Assembly: GCA_963749495.1 (NCBI GenBank)
Contig: CAVVMW010000014.1
Coordinates: 448,001 to 512,000, forward strand
DNA length: 64,000 nt
DNA from: an uncultured bacterium
Lineage (GTDB): Bacteria > Verrucomicrobiota > Verrucomicrobiia > Limisphaerales > UBA8199
Reading direction: 5' to 3'
The notes under the pieces were generated by a model. The model did not search any database. It was not told where the DNA came from and worked only from the letters and a program-made list of their open reading frames with translations. Position 1 is the first letter of the stretch, and the number at the start of each line of letters is the position of its first letter. Below, piece after piece: positions 62,447 to 64,000 of this stretch. The translations under genes and the position numbers were made by a program.

Positions 62447-62753
62447 CGCGCTCGTGTGCAAGGGCGCATCCCCAGGCACCTGAACAGGAGCGCTGGGAAC
62501 GCCTGCGCCAACTCCTGCCCGAACGCTCCCGCCTCCGCCGCGACGGCCACCGCTTTCAATCCCTCCAACTGGACCGCCGCCGTGCTGACCGCATCGAAGC
62601 CGAGGCCCAAGCCAGGCAAGCCCAAGCCGACTTCCGTGCCCGCATCCTCCACGCAGCCGGGCAGCAATCCCTCTCCGAGCTCCTCGCCTCTGGCGACCCG
62701 GCCCTCCGAGCCCTGGGCGCTGAATTCTCAAAATGCGTCGCCGCCGAGGAGAG

Positions 62754-62835
62754 GAAACGTGAAACGTGAAACGTGAACCCTGAACCCTGAACCCTGAACC
62801 CCGAACCTTAAACCCAATTAAACTCAATTAAACCT
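62754..62835. repeat. Drifting heptamer tandem repeat
   Basis: (GAAACGT)3 (GAACCCT)3 GAACCCC GAACCTT, then AAAC(C/T)CAATT twice. Confidence 0.75.
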
Positions 62836-62872
62836 CTTCAAGGCTATGAGCCGTATTGGCGCGCCGCTATTT

Positions 62873-62932
62873 CAGCAATTCTTTAAGATTTCTTTCACGC
62901 GAAGCCGTGAAAGAAATCTTAAAGAATTGCTG
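62873..62932. repeat. Perfect 27-bp AT-rich inverted repeat with a 6-nt loop
   Basis: CAGCAATTCTTTAAGATTTCTTTCACG-cgaagc-CGTGAAAGAAATCTTAAAGAATTGCTG. Confidence 0.85.
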
Positions 62933-63013
62933 CGAAGTGGCTGTCCTGGCTTGACCTGCATCGGGTCCGATGCAGAATCCAGTTGCTGGCCGGATAAGCC
63001 GGAAACCGGACCT

Positions 63014-64000
63014 ATGTGGAAAAGAGTGGTAGTGGGCTGCGCGATGTGCCTGCTGGTGGAGGCGCACGTGGGGAATGGCGCGCCAACGGCACACCGATTC
63101 TCGTTCGGCGGGCCGGACAACTCCGAGTTTCTGCTCGACGGACGACCGTTTCAAATACGGTCGGGCGAGGTGCACCCGGACCGGATTCCGCCGGAGTACT
63201 GGCGTCATCGCCTCCAAATGGCGAAGGCGATGGGGTTGAATACCGTCGCGATTTACGTGTTTTGGAACGCTCACGAATCCGAGGAAGGCCGCTACGATTT
63301 CAGCAGCGCCCCGCGCGACATCGGGAGATTTCTCCGCCTTGCGCGCGAGGAGGGTCTCTGGGTCCTCCTGCGCCCTGGTCCGTACTGCTGTGGGGAGTGG
63401 GACTTTGGCGGCATCCCGACGTATCTGCTGCGCTACCCCGAGCTGAAACTGCGCACGCTGGCGGACGCGCATTACGTCAAAGCCGTGGAGAACTATCTGA
63501 AGGCGCTGGCCAAGGTCGTGCGCCCGCATCTGGTGGAAAACGGCGGCCCCATCCTGATGATCCAGATCGAGAATGAAAACTGGTTTTCGCCAACCTGGAC
63601 GATTATGGACAGGTGTTCCTGAACGGCTCCTTTGTCGGGACGCTGAACCGCCGGCTGGGCCAGCATGAGATTGAGCTTCCCGCCTGCGGCGGAGAAGCAA
63701 TCCTTGAAATTCTGGTCGAAGCGATGGGCCATATCAACTTCACCATCGGGATGGATTCGGATCGCAAGGGGATTTATGGTGAGGTAACGCTCGGCGGCGC
63801 AGCGCTGAAGGGCTGGCAGATGTTCCCGCTGCCCCTCTCCGAGGATTGGGCGATGAAGACGCCGAAGACCACGCCCATCTCGGGCCGTCCCGGGGGAATC
63901 TTCAGAGGGCGTTTCAGGCTCGACCATCCGGCCGACACGTTCCTGGACCTGTCCAAGTGGAACAAGGGCGTGGTGTGGGTCAACGGCCACAACCTGGGCC
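63014..64000 (+). pseudogene. GH35 beta-galactosidase, internally deleted near 63577, runs off the window
   Basis: SGEVH, GLNTVAIYVFWN, LRPGPY..GEW, QIENE; then jumps out of frame to the C-terminal DYGQVFLNG...DTFLDLSKWNKGVVWVNGHNLG. Confidence 0.8.

Noticed and set aside
1..64000. tRNA, rRNA or an integrase-defined genomic island
   Set aside because: None recognised by eye; island boundaries cannot be defined from this window.

Overview
High-GC bacterial window. The BspA-like protein's C-terminal domain, the REP styles and the many Tat-exported glycosidases are consistent with Verrucomicrobiota, but that is inference. Contents in order: (1) two RND efflux clusters at 1-5.9 kb and 10.3-20.1 kb; (2) a minus-strand operon at 20.5-30.3 kb carrying two fluoride (crcB) riboswitches in series, the first ahead of CPA2 antiporter-USP-enolase and the second ahead of ATPase-dynamin-like protein-hypothetical-metallophosphoesterase/dUTPase fusion-second dynamin-like protein; (3) a third riboswitch copy in a MITE-disrupted duplication among toxin-antitoxin modules and comM fragments at 30.4-34.3 kb; (4) a BspA-type LRR protein and carbohydrate-active genes at 34.5-55 kb; (5) IS66, IS1182 and Y1/RAYT remnants, more TA modules, and two ORF-less ~800-nt group II introns whose exon-binding loops co-vary with their target sites. 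Many genes carry single-base frameshifts or internal deletions, which could be assembly error or real decay. The strongest candidate for an undescribed system is the fluoride-riboswitch-controlled dynamin-pair / phosphoesterase-dUTPase module. All family calls come from motif recognition by eye; no searches were run.
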